Shown piece by piece: positions 9,040-19,608 of a DNA stretch of 64,000 bases. This DNA comes from Clostridiales bacterium. GTDB lineage: Bacteria; Bacillota; Clostridia; Saccharofermentanales; Saccharofermentanaceae. The notes beneath the pieces were generated by a model. That model made no database searches. It had not been told where the DNA came from and saw only the letters and a list, made by a program, of their open reading frames with translations. Within the stretch, counting starts at the first letter, position 1; every line of letters starts with the position of its first letter. Location: assembly GCA_017513085.1 (NCBI GenBank), contig JAFWDK010000010.1:96001-160000 (forward strand), written 5' to 3'. Made by a program: the position numbers and the translations under genes.

Positions 9040-10401
9040 ATGGGAAATAAGAATGTTACGGATATGACGGTTGGAAATCCGACCAGACATATTTTGAAGT
9101 TTACTTTGCCGCTTCTGATCGGCAATCTTTTTCAGCAACTTTATAATATGGTCGACTCTATTGTAGTAGGTCGTTATGTCAGTCCGCACGCATTGGCGGC
9201 AGTTGGCGCATGCGGTTCTCTGAATTTCCTTTTCTTTTCTTTGAGTTCCGGTCTTGCTGTCGGTATTGGCGTAATCGCTTCACAATATTTCGGTGCAAAC
9301 GATGAGAAGCAACTTAAGAAGACAATAGCTAACTCGATCTATGTTCTTGCTTCATCAGCACTCGTCGTCACGCTGATCGGTTTCTTCTTAGCAGGACCGA
9401 TCCTTAGGCTTTTACAGACTCCGGATGCATACATAGCTGATTCAATCGACTATTTTCGGGTGACCTGCCTTGGAATAGTCGGCGTTGCATTTTATAACGG
9501 CGTAGCCGCTTTGCTCCGGGCAGTCGGCGACTCTAAAACACCATTGTATTTCTTGATCTTAAGTAGTGTTATAAACGTGAGCCTTGACCTAGTCTTTGTA
9601 CTTTGTTTCGGCCTTGGTGTAGTCGGGGTAGCGTTAGCAACTATCATTGCTCAAGCTGTGTCGGCAATCGTTTCCATTATTTTTGCATATAACAAAATCA
9701 CATATTTTAAGCTTGGTAAGAAGGACTTGCACCCGGACTTTTCAATGATCCGTGACTCTTTCAGGCTTGGCGCGCCGGTGGCTATTCAGAATTCTATGAT
9801 AGCTGTTTCTTGTATTTCTCTTCAGGCAGTTGTCAATGGCTTTGGTCCTGATGTGGCATCTGCTTATACTATATGTGGTCGTATTGAACAGTTGGTTCAA
9901 CAGCCATATGGCTCGCTTGGCATGGCGCTTACTTCCTATTCAGGTCAGAATATCGGGGCGAAGAAACAGGAACGTGTGGTGGAAGGCTTCCGCAAATCTA
10001 CTTTGATCGTTCTTGCTTTCAGCCTGATCATGCTTCCGCTGTTTTTCTTTGGAGGAAAGTTTATTTGCGGAATTTTTATTAAGGAAGAAGAGGCGGCGGA
10101 GGTCATCCTGTCCCTTGGCGCACGAGCACTGAAGATCACGAGTCCTTTTTACTTCGCATTAGGAATGATCTACGTTCCCAGAGCAGTTCTGAATGGTTGT
10201 GGCGATACAGGATTTGCTATGATCAATGGTCTTACGGAAGTGGTCTGCCGAATTCTTTTCTCCAATATCCTGACAAGGATTCCTATCCTGGGTTATTGGG
10301 GCATATGGGTCACGACAGGTCTTACATGGGGCTTTACGGCAATCGTATGCGTGTGGAGATATAAAGGCGGGAAGTGGAAGTATAAAGCGCTTGAACGCTA
10401 G
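9040..10401 (+). CDS. MATE family efflux transporter
   Basis: GNLFQQLYNMVDSIVVG, GDSKTPL, LGVVGVALAT. Confidence 0.95.
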   Translation: MGNKNVTDMTVGNPTRHILKFTLPLLIGNLFQQLYNMVDSIVVGRYVSPHALAAVGACGSLNFLFFSLSSGLAVGIGVIASQYFGANDEKQLKKTIANSIYVLASSALVVTLIGFFLAGPILRLLQTPDAYIADSIDYFRVTCLGIVGVAFYNGVAALLRAVGDSKTPLYFLILSSVINVSLDLVFVLCFGLGVVGVALATIIAQAVSAIVSIIFAYNKITYFKLGKKDLHPDFSMIRDSFRLGAPVAIQNSMIAVSCISLQAVVNGFGPDVASAYTICGRIEQLVQQPYGSLGMALTSYSGQNIGAKKQERVVEGFRKSTLIVLAFSLIMLPLFFFGGKFICGIFIKEEEAAEVILSLGARALKITSPFYFALGMIYVPRAVLNGCGDTGFAMINGLTEVVCRILFSNILTRIPILGYWGIWVTTGLTWGFTAIVCVWRYKGGKWKYKALER

Positions 10402-10488
10402 ATAAGCGTATTGAGTCATTTGTTGACATCATTATCCTTTGACTTTTTATGGTATAATAGATAAATCTATCTTTGAAAGTAGGAGGAA

Positions 10489-11829
10489 ATGAGCATGGAT
10501 GTTGATAAGATTTCGAAATACTCTTCTTGCCAGCGGCCGCTCCTTGTAAAGAACGACACGATCGAAGATGCGCTTTTTGAGAAATATGGCGTAAATCGCG
10601 GATTGCGCGACATCAATGGAAAAGGTGTACTAACCGGACTTACCAGAATTTCGAAGATCGTTTCCTTTACATCCGGACCGGATGGCAAGCAGGTGCCGTG
10701 TCCGGGAGAGCTTTGGTATCGTGGATACAATATCAAAACTCTGATTAAAGAATTGGGTGAGCGCGAATATGGATTTGAGAGGACGGCTTACCTGCTTTTG
10801 TTTGGTGAAAAACCGACGGAAAGCCAATTGCTTGAGTTTCAGGACGTGTTAGATGAATGTCGTTGCCTTCCGACAAACTTTACCCGTGATGTTATCATGA
10901 AAGCGCCAAGTCACGACATTATGAATTCGATTACGAGAAGTGTGCTGACGCTTGCTTCCTATGATGACGAATCTACTACTTCATCCGTAGAGAACAGTTT
11001 GAGACAGTGTATTCAGCTTATTGCGCAGTATCCGATGCTTGCTGTTTACAGTTATCATGCATATAACCATTACGATAATGATGAGAGTATGTATATCCAT
11101 CGCCCGAGAAGAGGAAAATCTACTGCAGAAAACTTCCTTCTCATGCTTCGCCCTGATCAGAAGTATACCGATCTTGAGGCTAAGGTTCTTGATGTGGCTT
11201 TGATGCTTCATATGGAACATGGCGGCGGTAACAATTCCACGTTTACGACTCGTGTAGTTACGTCGTCAGGTTCAGACACTTATTCGGCCATGGCGGCGGC
11301 CATGTCTTCGCTCAAAGGACCGAAGCACGGCGGTGCGAATATTAAGGTTGTTCAGATGATGGACGATATTCGTGAACATATATCGGATTGGGAAGACCGG
11401 GCAGCTATTAAAGAGTATCTCATGAAAATCTTAAGCAAGCAGGCATTTGATAAGAGCGGTCTGATCTATGGTATGGGACACGCCGTCTATTCGATGAGTG
11501 ATCCGAGAGAAGAAGTGCTGAACTCTTATGTCGAGGCTTTAGCGAAAGAAAAGGATATGGAAAGAGATTATATCCTTTATAAGAATGTAGAAGAGCTGGC
11601 GCCGGAAGCTATTGCCGAAACGAGAAAGATATTTAAGGGTGTAAGTCCTAATGTAGACTTTTACAGTGGTCTGGTCTATAAGATCCTTGGTATTCCGGAG
11701 GAACTTTATACACCGTTGTTTGCGACGGCTCGTATTGTCGGATGGAGTGCACATCGTATAGAGGAACTTATCGGAATGAATAAGATCATTCGTCCTGCAT
11801 ACAAAAGTGTCATGACAGAAATTGAATAA
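10489..11829 (+). CDS. gltA: Citrate synthase (Si-type)
   Basis: HMEHGGGNNST, GPKHGGAN, GMGHAVY, PNVDFY. Confidence 0.95.
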   Translation: MSMDVDKISKYSSCQRPLLVKNDTIEDALFEKYGVNRGLRDINGKGVLTGLTRISKIVSFTSGPDGKQVPCPGELWYRGYNIKTLIKELGEREYGFERTAYLLLFGEKPTESQLLEFQDVLDECRCLPTNFTRDVIMKAPSHDIMNSITRSVLTLASYDDESTTSSVENSLRQCIQLIAQYPMLAVYSYHAYNHYDNDESMYIHRPRRGKSTAENFLLMLRPDQKYTDLEAKVLDVALMLHMEHGGGNNSTFTTRVVTSSGSDTYSAMAAAMSSLKGPKHGGANIKVVQMMDDIREHISDWEDRAAIKEYLMKILSKQAFDKSGLIYGMGHAVYSMSDPREEVLNSYVEALAKEKDMERDYILYKNVEELAPEAIAETRKIFKGVSPNVDFYSGLVYKILGIPEELYTPLFATARIVGWSAHRIEELIGMNKIIRPAYKSVMTEIE

Positions 11830-11860
11830 AATACCGAAAAAGTTCAGTATTATCACCAAA

Positions 11861-11893
11861 AAAGGTCGGTTGAATTGAAATCAGCCGGCCTTT
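11861..11893 (+). terminator. Rho-independent terminator after citrate synthase
   Basis: AAAGGTCGGTTGA-loop-TCAGCCGGCCTTT hairpin. Confidence 0.7.
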
Positions 11894-11968
11894 CTGATAT
11901 TATTTGTGCATAGTTTTTTCTGTTTTATGGGTTTGTAAGTTTTTTTTATACTTCGGGGGGATGATCCT

Positions 11969-13645
11969 ATGTCAGGAAGACGTTGGTTTGCTCTGTTGAG
12001 CACTTTTGTCGTGTTTTCATTTTTCGTGCAGTTTGCACGGCTTCCGTTACTGCAGATAAAAACAGTTTCTGCTGATACTGCAGATTATGTACAGGTTCTG
12101 GATGTTGCAGGAACGTCTGTTACCATTGAAAACCAGAAATTCAATAATAGTGATTTCGTTTTTGAACTGAAACTTCAAGGTTGTAAAGATTTCAATGAAG
12201 CGAATATAACCGTTAAGTTTAATGAGGAAAACTGCATTCCGTCTATAAATGCCGGGCGTCATGGAGTGTTCTATGTTGATCCGTATAAAGTTGAACCGAG
12301 ACATACCAGTGCAAGTTCGGTAAGTGGGAATACGGTTTCTATTACAACTAAGGATAGAGGAGTTCTCGATGGACATGGAAAGATCCGTGTGCGTATGATC
12401 CTTAATACAGAAGCCTATCTTTCCAGTGCAGCTGTCGTTTCGGTTTCTCCGGAGCCGACGCCGTCACCTACCCCGGTACCAACCAATACGCCTACGCCAA
12501 CGCCTACCAATACACCGACGCCTACAAAGGCACCGACCAATACACCGACACCTACAAAGGCACCGACAAATACGCCTACTCCTACGAAGAAACCTACGAA
12601 TACGCCTACGCCAACGAAGAAGCCCACGAATACGCCTACTCCGACTAAGCGTCCGACCAATACACCAACACCTACAAAGGCACCGACAAATACACCTACG
12701 CCTACGAAGAAACCTACGAATACGCCTACGCCAACGAAGAAGCCTACGAATACGCCTACTCCGACTAAGCGTCCGACCAATACACCAACACCTACGAAGG
12801 TGCCGACAAACACGCCGATTCCAACTAAGAAGCCGACAAATACGCCGATTCCGACTGGAAAACCGACGAATATGCCGTTGCCTACCCAAGCTCCGACAAA
12901 TACACCTATACCGACTCAATCTCCAACGAATACTCCAATCCCTACCGCGACCCCGTTGCCGACAGTTGTGGCTCCGGGACCGATCGGTGATCCGACGGCA
13001 ACTCCTGAACCGACTGTAACTCCGGAACCAACTTCGACTCCATCTCCGGTACCGGAAGCGACGCCGACTGAAGCTCCGGAAACATCGGAAGAATCTTCTG
13101 CTGAAGAGACCGACGCTCCGACTGATGAAACGGCAAGCTCTGAAACAGATCCGGTAACAGAGAGTTCAGATGGTGCGGAAGTTGTACTCGGTGTTTCCAA
13201 AGAATCCGGAGATAACAATGATCCTTCCGAACCAGGTGGTGGCAAAGAAACGGAAGTTTTCATTCCTACGGAGCGGCCTGAGCTTTCCACCAATGCTTCA
13301 ACTGCTTATAAGCAGAAGAGCCAGGCGGGCTTCTTCATCTGGTTTGCCATCCTGTTTGTTCTTGTGATTGCAATCTATTTGCGTTATAACCACCTTGCTA
13401 AGAAAGACATGGCTTTTGTGGATATTTGCAAGAACTTTATTCCGATTCCTGGTCGTATGAATAAAGGAGCGTCCACAAATGTTTCCGGTTCGACGATGTC
13501 GTCTGCCGCTAATGGTAATATCGCTCCGTCAAGATCGGTGGCCAGCGTCGGACAAAGCTATCGCCCGATCAAGTCAACGGTTAGAAAAGAACCCGGCGCA
13601 TCGCAGGACCTTTCCGGAAAGGGTCCGGATCTGAACGAGAAGTAA
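11969..13645 (+). CDS. Secreted, membrane-anchored Pro/Thr-rich surface protein (paralog 1)
   Basis: Signal peptide (VSA cleavage), beta-rich head, ([10 protein letters not shown])n stalk, acidic linker, TM helix, conserved tail. Confidence 0.85.
   Translation: MSGRRWFALLSTFVVFSFFVQFARLPLLQIKTVSADTADYVQVLDVAGTSVTIENQKFNNSDFVFELKLQGCKDFNEANITVKFNEENCIPSINAGRHGVFYVDPYKVEPRHTSASSVSGNTVSITTKDRGVLDGHGKIRVRMILNTEAYLSSAAVVSVSPEPTPSPTPVPTNTPTPTPTNTPTPTKAPTNTPTPTKAPTNTPTPTKKPTNTPTPTKKPTNTPTPTKRPTNTPTPTKAPTNTPTPTKKPTNTPTPTKKPTNTPTPTKRPTNTPTPTKVPTNTPIPTKKPTNTPIPTGKPTNMPLPTQAPTNTPIPTQSPTNTPIPTATPLPTVVAPGPIGDPTATPEPTVTPEPTSTPSPVPEATPTEAPETSEESSAEETDAPTDETASSETDPVTESSDGAEVVLGVSKESGDNNDPSEPGGGKETEVFIPTERPELSTNASTAYKQKSQAGFFIWFAILFVLVIAIYLRYNHLAKKDMAFVDICKNFIPIPGRMNKGASTNVSGSTMSSAANGNIAPSRSVASVGQSYRPIKSTVRKEPGASQDLSGKGPDLNEK
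12476..12950 (+). repeat. Coding 30-bp tandem repeat ([10 protein letters not shown]) with a 120-bp higher-order duplication
   Basis: 12541-12660 and 12661-12780 differ at only 4 positions. Confidence 0.95.
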
Positions 13646-13702
13646 GAGCGATCCGTGCTTTTTGTCTTTGCCCGGTAAGCATATTTTGAGAAGACTCGGA
13701 AG

Positions 13703-13734
13703 AGCCGGCTGATTTGTCATCGGCCGGCTTTTTT
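13703..13734 (+). terminator. Rho-independent terminator
   Basis: AGCCGGCTGAT-loop-ATCGGCCGGCT followed by a T run. Confidence 0.85.
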
Positions 13735-13779
13735 GCTATGATTGTGGCGAGGGGATAAAATATTTGTGAAGTAAGGGGG

Positions 13780-14826
13780 ATGTGTATGCATAAAAGTCGC
13801 TGGATGAGACTTCTGAGTCTGATTCTTGCTTTATTTTTATGTTCGTGCTGTCTTTCAGTAATCAGGTCCCAAACCGTTCGTGCAGTTTCTAATGCAGAAG
13901 GAATCGTCGAAATCGACGGAAAGGGCAAATATAACCAGGCCAAGATCCGCGTGGTCATTCAACAATATGATGAATCTTCGATTTATCGAGGAAGAATCTA
14001 TGATCAAGGGGCCTGGTCGGAAACACCGAACCTTCTTTTCTCGACTACGTTAAAAAACAGTACGTTGACGATAATCGTTCAAAGTGCGGATTATTCTCCG
14101 ATTGAAGTGTCCAGGATCCATATATGGGTCTCGGTGGAGACTGTAGCAAAGCTTCAACTGTTGTCGGATGTTTCTTACGAGAAACTTTCTCCGCCACCGG
14201 GTACGACAAAAGCACCGACCTCGACACCGATGCCGACGCCTTCTCCTACGCCGTCTCCTGATGAGGCTACTCCGACGCCGCTTCCTACCGATACTCCAAC
14301 GCCGACGCCGTTGCCCACCAATACTCCGACGCCGCTTCCTACAAATACTCCGACTCCGACACCAACTCCTACGCCAAGTGCAGACGCCGGGCTTATTGTC
14401 GATGAATCCGGAGATTTGCCCGGAGATCCGTCCGAAGATGACCCGGGTGGGGCTTCAGAGGTTTTGATTCCGACACAAAGACCGGATAGTACTTCCGGAA
14501 AATCAACCTATAAAGCAGAAAGCCAGACGAGTTTCTTTGCCTGGTTCGCGATTATCTTTGTGCTGGCGATAGTGATTTTCGTACGCTATAGTTCACTGTC
14601 CAAAAAAGACATGGGATTTGTAGAGATCTGTAAGAACTTTATACCTTTGCCCGGTGCGGCCAAGAGAAGAGAAGCTGCAGAGAAAGAACGTATGACGGCT
14701 CCGGTTATATCTGAACCCGCACATAAAACAGCCAGCGTGGCGCAGGTATACCGTCCTATCAAGTCAACGGTGAGAAAGACTGATACGCCGAAGGATCCGG
14801 GCACTGGTTCTGCCGATCCGCAGTGA
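13780..14826 (+). CDS. Secreted, membrane-anchored Pro/Thr-rich surface protein (paralog 2)
   Basis: Signal peptide (VRA), PT stalk, [36 protein letters not shown]. Confidence 0.85.
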   Translation: MCMHKSRWMRLLSLILALFLCSCCLSVIRSQTVRAVSNAEGIVEIDGKGKYNQAKIRVVIQQYDESSIYRGRIYDQGAWSETPNLLFSTTLKNSTLTIIVQSADYSPIEVSRIHIWVSVETVAKLQLLSDVSYEKLSPPPGTTKAPTSTPMPTPSPTPSPDEATPTPLPTDTPTPTPLPTNTPTPLPTNTPTPTPTPTPSADAGLIVDESGDLPGDPSEDDPGGASEVLIPTQRPDSTSGKSTYKAESQTSFFAWFAIIFVLAIVIFVRYSSLSKKDMGFVEICKNFIPLPGAAKRREAAEKERMTAPVISEPAHKTASVAQVYRPIKSTVRKTDTPKDPGTGSADPQ

Positions 14827-14983
14827 TTTTTCTTTGGTCACAAAATATATCATGAAAAGTGCTTGAAAATACAACGTTTTGTAACATTGGAAATAGCCGG
14901 TTGAATTGAAATCAATAGGCTATTCTGATATGATAAACGATAAGGGTAATTCTAATTTAGTTATGATAATTAGGAGCGTAAGT

Positions 14984-16255
14984 ATGAAGGTGACACGAAA
15001 AAGTAAGTTTCTCAGTATTTTTGTCAGTATACTGATCTGTTTGTTTGGTGTGTTCGGCACGATGATCCCGCATATTCTGGCCGAATCCACAAGCTGCTCT
15101 GTAGATATTGACGGTGGTGGAGATAAGAATGAAGCCTACATTGTTTTAAAGGTAGCAGGAGATGGAGCGAAGGTCAATTCCGCTAAGTCTTCTTGCAGTT
15201 CATCACAGGTAAGTGTCAGTACTTCCGTAGAATACGATACTATCAATGTTCATATTAAATCTAAAGACGGTTCAGCAATCAAACCTGCTTCGGTACTTGT
15301 TACTGCTGATGTGTCTGACGGTGCATCGTTGTATCTGGATAAAATCATTTATAACAAGTTTAATCCGAATACACCAACGCCGGCTCCAACCAATACGCCG
15401 ACTCCCGTACCGACGAATACACCTACACCATTACCAACCAATACACCGACTCCTGTACCGACAAATACTCCGAGTCCCACGCCTAAGCCGACAAAAGCTC
15501 CTACACCTACACCTGTTGGTGGAGTAGTAACATCTACACCGACTCCGGCTCCGACGAATACACCTACACCGAAGCCGACAGATACGCCGACGCCTGTGCC
15601 GACAGATACGCCGACGCCGACTGCGGAACCGACGGAAACTTCCGAGAGCAGTTCTGAATCCAGTTCGAGTGAAGCGACATCAGAGTCACAATCTGAGTCC
15701 ACAAGCGAATCTTCCGCAACGGAGAGCGCTTCCGGTGCTGGCGTTGTAGAACCTTCTGATTCCTCTGCGCCGTCAGACAGCAGCAGTGCTGAGACGTCAT
15801 CGTCTGATGTGTCAGAGACGACAGAATCCACAAAGACTTCGACGAAGTTCGTTACACCGACAATGTCTCTTTTGCCGACCACGGTGACAACCAAGAAGGA
15901 GAATCCTTACACATTCTTTATCTGGTTTGCTATTATTTTCGTACTGATCATTGTGATATACATGCGTTACAATGCTCTTTCCAAGAAGCGTATGGACTTT
16001 GTAGAGATCTGCAAGAACTTTATTCCTGTTCCGGACTTCATCAAGGATATCTTCAAGAAAAAGAAAGAAGAAGATACAGAGACGAAGCAGGATACCGTTG
16101 TTAAGAACGGATATCTGCAGAAGCCTTCCGTAGGAGACGCGCAGGCTTTCCGTCCTGCGAAGGTCGCCAGAAAGATCGAGAAGAAAAAAGAAGATGAAAA
16201 GATCGATATTGAGGATGACCTGGAAAGCGATATCGACGATCTGGACAGTCTTTGA
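14984..16255 (+). CDS. Secreted, membrane-anchored Pro/Thr/Ser-rich surface protein (paralog 3)
   Basis: ATG at 14984 after a GGAG RBS; signal peptide, PT stalk, Ser/Glu linker, [36 protein letters not shown]. Confidence 0.85.
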   Translation: MKVTRKSKFLSIFVSILICLFGVFGTMIPHILAESTSCSVDIDGGGDKNEAYIVLKVAGDGAKVNSAKSSCSSSQVSVSTSVEYDTINVHIKSKDGSAIKPASVLVTADVSDGASLYLDKIIYNKFNPNTPTPAPTNTPTPVPTNTPTPLPTNTPTPVPTNTPSPTPKPTKAPTPTPVGGVVTSTPTPAPTNTPTPKPTDTPTPVPTDTPTPTAEPTETSESSSESSSSEATSESQSESTSESSATESASGAGVVEPSDSSAPSDSSSAETSSSDVSETTESTKTSTKFVTPTMSLLPTTVTTKKENPYTFFIWFAIIFVLIIVIYMRYNALSKKRMDFVEICKNFIPVPDFIKDIFKKKKEEDTETKQDTVVKNGYLQKPSVGDAQAFRPAKVARKIEKKKEDEKIDIEDDLESDIDDLDSL

Positions 16256-16279
16256 TACGAATGAGAATCGATAATAGAG

Positions 16280-16309
16280 AGAGGATGCTTGAGAAAGCAT
16301 CCTCTTTTT
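16280..16309 (+). terminator. Rho-independent terminator
   Basis: AGAGGATGCTT-GAGA-AAGCATCCTCT followed by TTTT. Confidence 0.9.
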
Positions 16310-16324
16310 GTATTTCTTGCAAAT

Positions 16325-16356
16325 AAAAAAGTTGCCTCAAATTTGAGACAACTTTT
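16325..16356 (-). terminator. Terminator downstream of tRNA-Glu
   Basis: AAAAGTTGCCTCAA/TTGAGACAACTTTT hairpin with an A run on the + strand. Confidence 0.7.
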
Positions 16357-16359
16357 ATC

Positions 16360-16434
16360 TGGTGACCCTAAGGAGAATCGAACTCCTGATTGCGCCTTGA
16401 GAGGGCGCCGTCTTAACCGCTTGACCATAGGGCC
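16360..16434 (-). tRNA. tRNA-Glu (CTC)
   Basis: Reverse complement GGCCCTATGGTCAAGCGG...GCGCC-CTCTCAA-GGCGC...GTTCGATTC...GGGTCACCA. Confidence 0.97.
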
Positions 16435-16576
16435 AAATCACCGTTTCGTAAGTGCATGAAAGATAATAACATAAGAAAAGTCGCTGTGCAAGTTCTTTTT
16501 GAATAAAACTAAAAAAGACTTTTCAGAATCGATGATTCTATATATACTTTATAGAACAATTAGGATATACTACAAG

Positions 16577-16590
16577 AGAACATATTTTCG
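16577..16590 (+). promoter_or_regulatory. LexA (Cheo/SOS) box upstream of uvrA
   Basis: AGAACATATTTTCG versus the Firmicute consensus CGAAC-N4-GTTCG, just downstream of a TATACT -10. Confidence 0.75.
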
Positions 16591-16605
16591 AATTGGAGCA
16601 GTGAC

Positions 16606-19599
16606 ATGAATCAGTATATTCGCATACGTGGTGCCAGAGAACATAATCTTCAGAATATTAATGTTGATATCAAGAGAGATGAGATGGTCGTGATCACCGG
16701 ATTGTCCGGTTCCGGAAAGTCTTCTCTTGCTTTTGATACTATATATGCGGAAGGACAGAGACGTTATGTGGAATCCTTGTCTTCGTATGCGAGACAATTC
16801 CTCGGACAATTGGAGAAACCGGATTTTGATAGTATTGATGGTTTGTCTCCGTCTATTGCGATCGATCAGAAGACGACGAGCAGGAATCCGAGATCGACAG
16901 TTGGTACAGTTACTGAAGTTTATGACTATTTCCGTCTTTTGTATGCAAGGATCGGAGTCCCTCATTGCCCTCATTGCGGAAAGGTAATCGAATCCCAGTC
17001 TATTGACCAGATCATCGAACAACTGATGGGATATCAGGAAGGTACAAGACTGATCCTTATGGCTCCTGTGGTTCGTGGCAAGAAGGGTGAGTTTTCCAAA
17101 CTGCTTGATGATTTCCGTAAAAACGGTTATGCACGTGTCCGGCTGGATGGTCAGATGTATGAGCTTGATGAAGAAATCAGTATCGAGAAGAATAAGAAAC
17201 ATAATCTCGAGGTGATCGTAGATCGTCTTGTTGTTCGGCAAGAGGCCCGATCTCGTTTGAATGATTCTTGTGAGACCGCGCTGAAACTTGCGGATGGGCT
17301 CCTTCTTGTAAAGATTCAGGTGCCGAAGGAATCGGAAGATGGAGAGCGCACATTTGAAGAGAGCGAAGTGCTTTTCTCGCAGAAGCTTTCATGTCCGGAT
17401 TGCGGAATAAGTGTGGAAGAGCTTTCTCCGAGAATGTTTTCGTTTAACAACCCTTTCGGAGCATGCCCAGAGTGTTCGGGACTAGGTTTTCATACAAATG
17501 TCGATCCGGAACTTTGTGTGCAGCATCCGGAGCTTTCGCTCAACGATGGCGCGATTACTACGGCAGGATGGAAGTTTGATGACCCGAAGAGCTGGGGAAG
17601 AGCTTTTATTGAAGCTCTATCCGCCAGATACGGTTTTTCGCTCGATACTCCGTGGAACAAACTTCCGAAGCGTATCCAGGATATTATTCTGTATGGAAAC
17701 GGTGGAGAGAAGCTGATCATTGATACCAGCAACAGTATCTATCGTCGTGACGGTATTTATATGAATTCCTGGGAGGGCGTGGTTCACAGCGTGGAGCGCC
17801 GTAGCCGGGAGGCTTCCTCGGAAGAGATGAAGGAACATTATGCCCAGTATATGACGATATATGAATGTGGTTCCTGCCATGGCGCGCGATTGAATCCGAT
17901 GGCTCTGGCTGTAACGGTCGGCGGCAAGAATATCTTTGAAGTGACAGCAATGCCGATCAGAAAGTGCGTCAAGCATCTTCAGAATCTTAATCTGCGCTTG
18001 CGTGAGAAGAAGATCGCTGAGCCGATCCTTAAGGAGATTACATCCAGACTCAGCTTTATGATTGATGTGGGTCTTGAATATTTGACGCTTTCCCGAGCTG
18101 CGGCTACTTTGTCCGGCGGAGAAGCGCAGCGTATCCGACTCGCTACACAGATCGGTTCGAGTCTGACCGGTGTGCTCTATATTCTGGATGAGCCTTCAAT
18201 TGGTCTCCATCAGAGAGATAATAACCGGCTTCTGGCGACCCTTCAGAAACTGAAGAATCTCGGCAATACTGTTTTGGTCGTAGAACATGATGAAGATACG
18301 ATGAGACAGGCGGACCAGATCATTGATATGGGACCCGGCGCCGGTGAGCATGGCGGTTTTGTAGTGGGTGTCGGTACTGCTGAAGAGATTATGAAAGTGC
18401 CTGAGTCGATTACCGGACAGTACCTTTCCGGAGAAAAATTTATACCGATTCCTTTGCAGAGGAGAAAACCGGACGGGCGATATCTGACAGTCTGCGGAGC
18501 GAGAGAGAATAACCTTAAGGGTATCGATGTGAAGATCCCGATAGGTCTCTTTACATGTGTGACCGGTGTTTCCGGTTCCGGGAAAAGTTCGCTTGTAAAC
18601 GGTATCATTCTGAGAAGACTGGCTACCGATTTGAATGGAGCCCGACGTTCGAAGGGGCTTTGCGACAAGATCACCGGTGTCGGACATCTGGATAAGGTGA
18701 TCTCCATCGATCAGTCTCCAATCGGTAGAAGTCCGCGTTCCAATCCGGCCACATATACCGGATGCTTTGATATGATTCGTGAACTTTATGCCAATACTCC
18801 GGATGCTAAGGCACGTGGGTATAAGAACGGGCGGTTTAGTTTTAATATCAAGGGTGGTCGTTGTGAGGCCTGCTCCGGTGATGGCGTGAACCGTATTGAG
18901 ATGCATTTTCTGCCGGATGTTTATGTGAAGTGTGATGTTTGTAAGGGGAAGAGATACAACCGCGAAACTTTGCAGGTCAAATATAAAGGTAAGAATATTG
19001 CGGATGTGCTGGCGATGACAGTGGATGAGGCACTTGAGTTTTTCCAGAATGTTCCGAAGATCCGCAATAAGCTCCAGACGCTTTCGGAGGTCGGCCTTGG
19101 GTATATACGTCTTGGACAGCCTGCCACGCAGCTGTCCGGTGGTGAAGCGCAGCGTGTCAAGCTGGCAACGGAGCTCTCGAGACGGAGCACCGGCCGTACA
19201 TTCTATATTCTGGATGAACCGACGACGGGTCTGCATATTGCAGATGTGCATAAGCTTGTTGACATTTTGAACCGCCTGGCCGAAAATGGTAATACTGTTC
19301 TGGTCATCGAGCATAATCTGGATGTGATTAAGACAGCGGATCATATTATTGATCTTGGGCCTGAAGGTGGAGATAAGGGCGGTACGATCATTGCAGAGGG
19401 CTCTCCTGAGGAGATCTGCGAGGTAAAGGAGTCGTACACGGGACAATTCCTCAAACCTGTCTTGGAAAAAACCAGAGCATTGATGGGTGATTCTGCGCCT
19501 GTAATAGATAAAAAACAAAAAAAGAGAATTGAAAGGGATGCGCTTGAGATCGCTGTCGGACCAAAACCGCGGCGTAAGCGTAAACCACTGGAAGAGTAG
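16606..19599 (+). CDS. uvrA: Excinuclease ABC subunit A
   Basis: Two ABC domains ([26 protein letters not shown]) and zinc fingers. Confidence 0.99.
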   Translation: MNQYIRIRGAREHNLQNINVDIKRDEMVVITGLSGSGKSSLAFDTIYAEGQRRYVESLSSYARQFLGQLEKPDFDSIDGLSPSIAIDQKTTSRNPRSTVGTVTEVYDYFRLLYARIGVPHCPHCGKVIESQSIDQIIEQLMGYQEGTRLILMAPVVRGKKGEFSKLLDDFRKNGYARVRLDGQMYELDEEISIEKNKKHNLEVIVDRLVVRQEARSRLNDSCETALKLADGLLLVKIQVPKESEDGERTFEESEVLFSQKLSCPDCGISVEELSPRMFSFNNPFGACPECSGLGFHTNVDPELCVQHPELSLNDGAITTAGWKFDDPKSWGRAFIEALSARYGFSLDTPWNKLPKRIQDIILYGNGGEKLIIDTSNSIYRRDGIYMNSWEGVVHSVERRSREASSEEMKEHYAQYMTIYECGSCHGARLNPMALAVTVGGKNIFEVTAMPIRKCVKHLQNLNLRLREKKIAEPILKEITSRLSFMIDVGLEYLTLSRAAATLSGGEAQRIRLATQIGSSLTGVLYILDEPSIGLHQRDNNRLLATLQKLKNLGNTVLVVEHDEDTMRQADQIIDMGPGAGEHGGFVVGVGTAEEIMKVPESITGQYLSGEKFIPIPLQRRKPDGRYLTVCGARENNLKGIDVKIPIGLFTCVTGVSGSGKSSLVNGIILRRLATDLNGARRSKGLCDKITGVGHLDKVISIDQSPIGRSPRSNPATYTGCFDMIRELYANTPDAKARGYKNGRFSFNIKGGRCEACSGDGVNRIEMHFLPDVYVKCDVCKGKRYNRETLQVKYKGKNIADVLAMTVDEALEFFQNVPKIRNKLQTLSEVGLGYIRLGQPATQLSGGEAQRVKLATELSRRSTGRTFYILDEPTTGLHIADVHKLVDILNRLAENGNTVLVIEHNLDVIKTADHIIDLGPEGGDKGGTIIAEGSPEEICEVKESYTGQFLKPVLEKTRALMGDSAPVIDKKQKKRIERDALEIAVGPKPRRKRKPLEE

Positions 19600-19608
19600 G
19601 AAATAGTA

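Noticed and set aside
12476-12950. 30-bp periodic repeats as a possible CRISPR array
   Set aside because: No unique spacers; in-frame Pro/Thr coding repeat with synonymous variation; no cas genes
15967-16428. ORFs overlapping tRNA genes (also 25070-25288 and 25257-25493)
   Set aside because: Spurious translations of tRNA sequence
18196-19518. 440-aa antisense ORF (also 19615-20601, 27538-28554, 29316-30698, 40862-41719, 59890-61044)
   Set aside because: Shadow ORFs opposite well-conserved genes, explained by codon bias; no recognisable motifs
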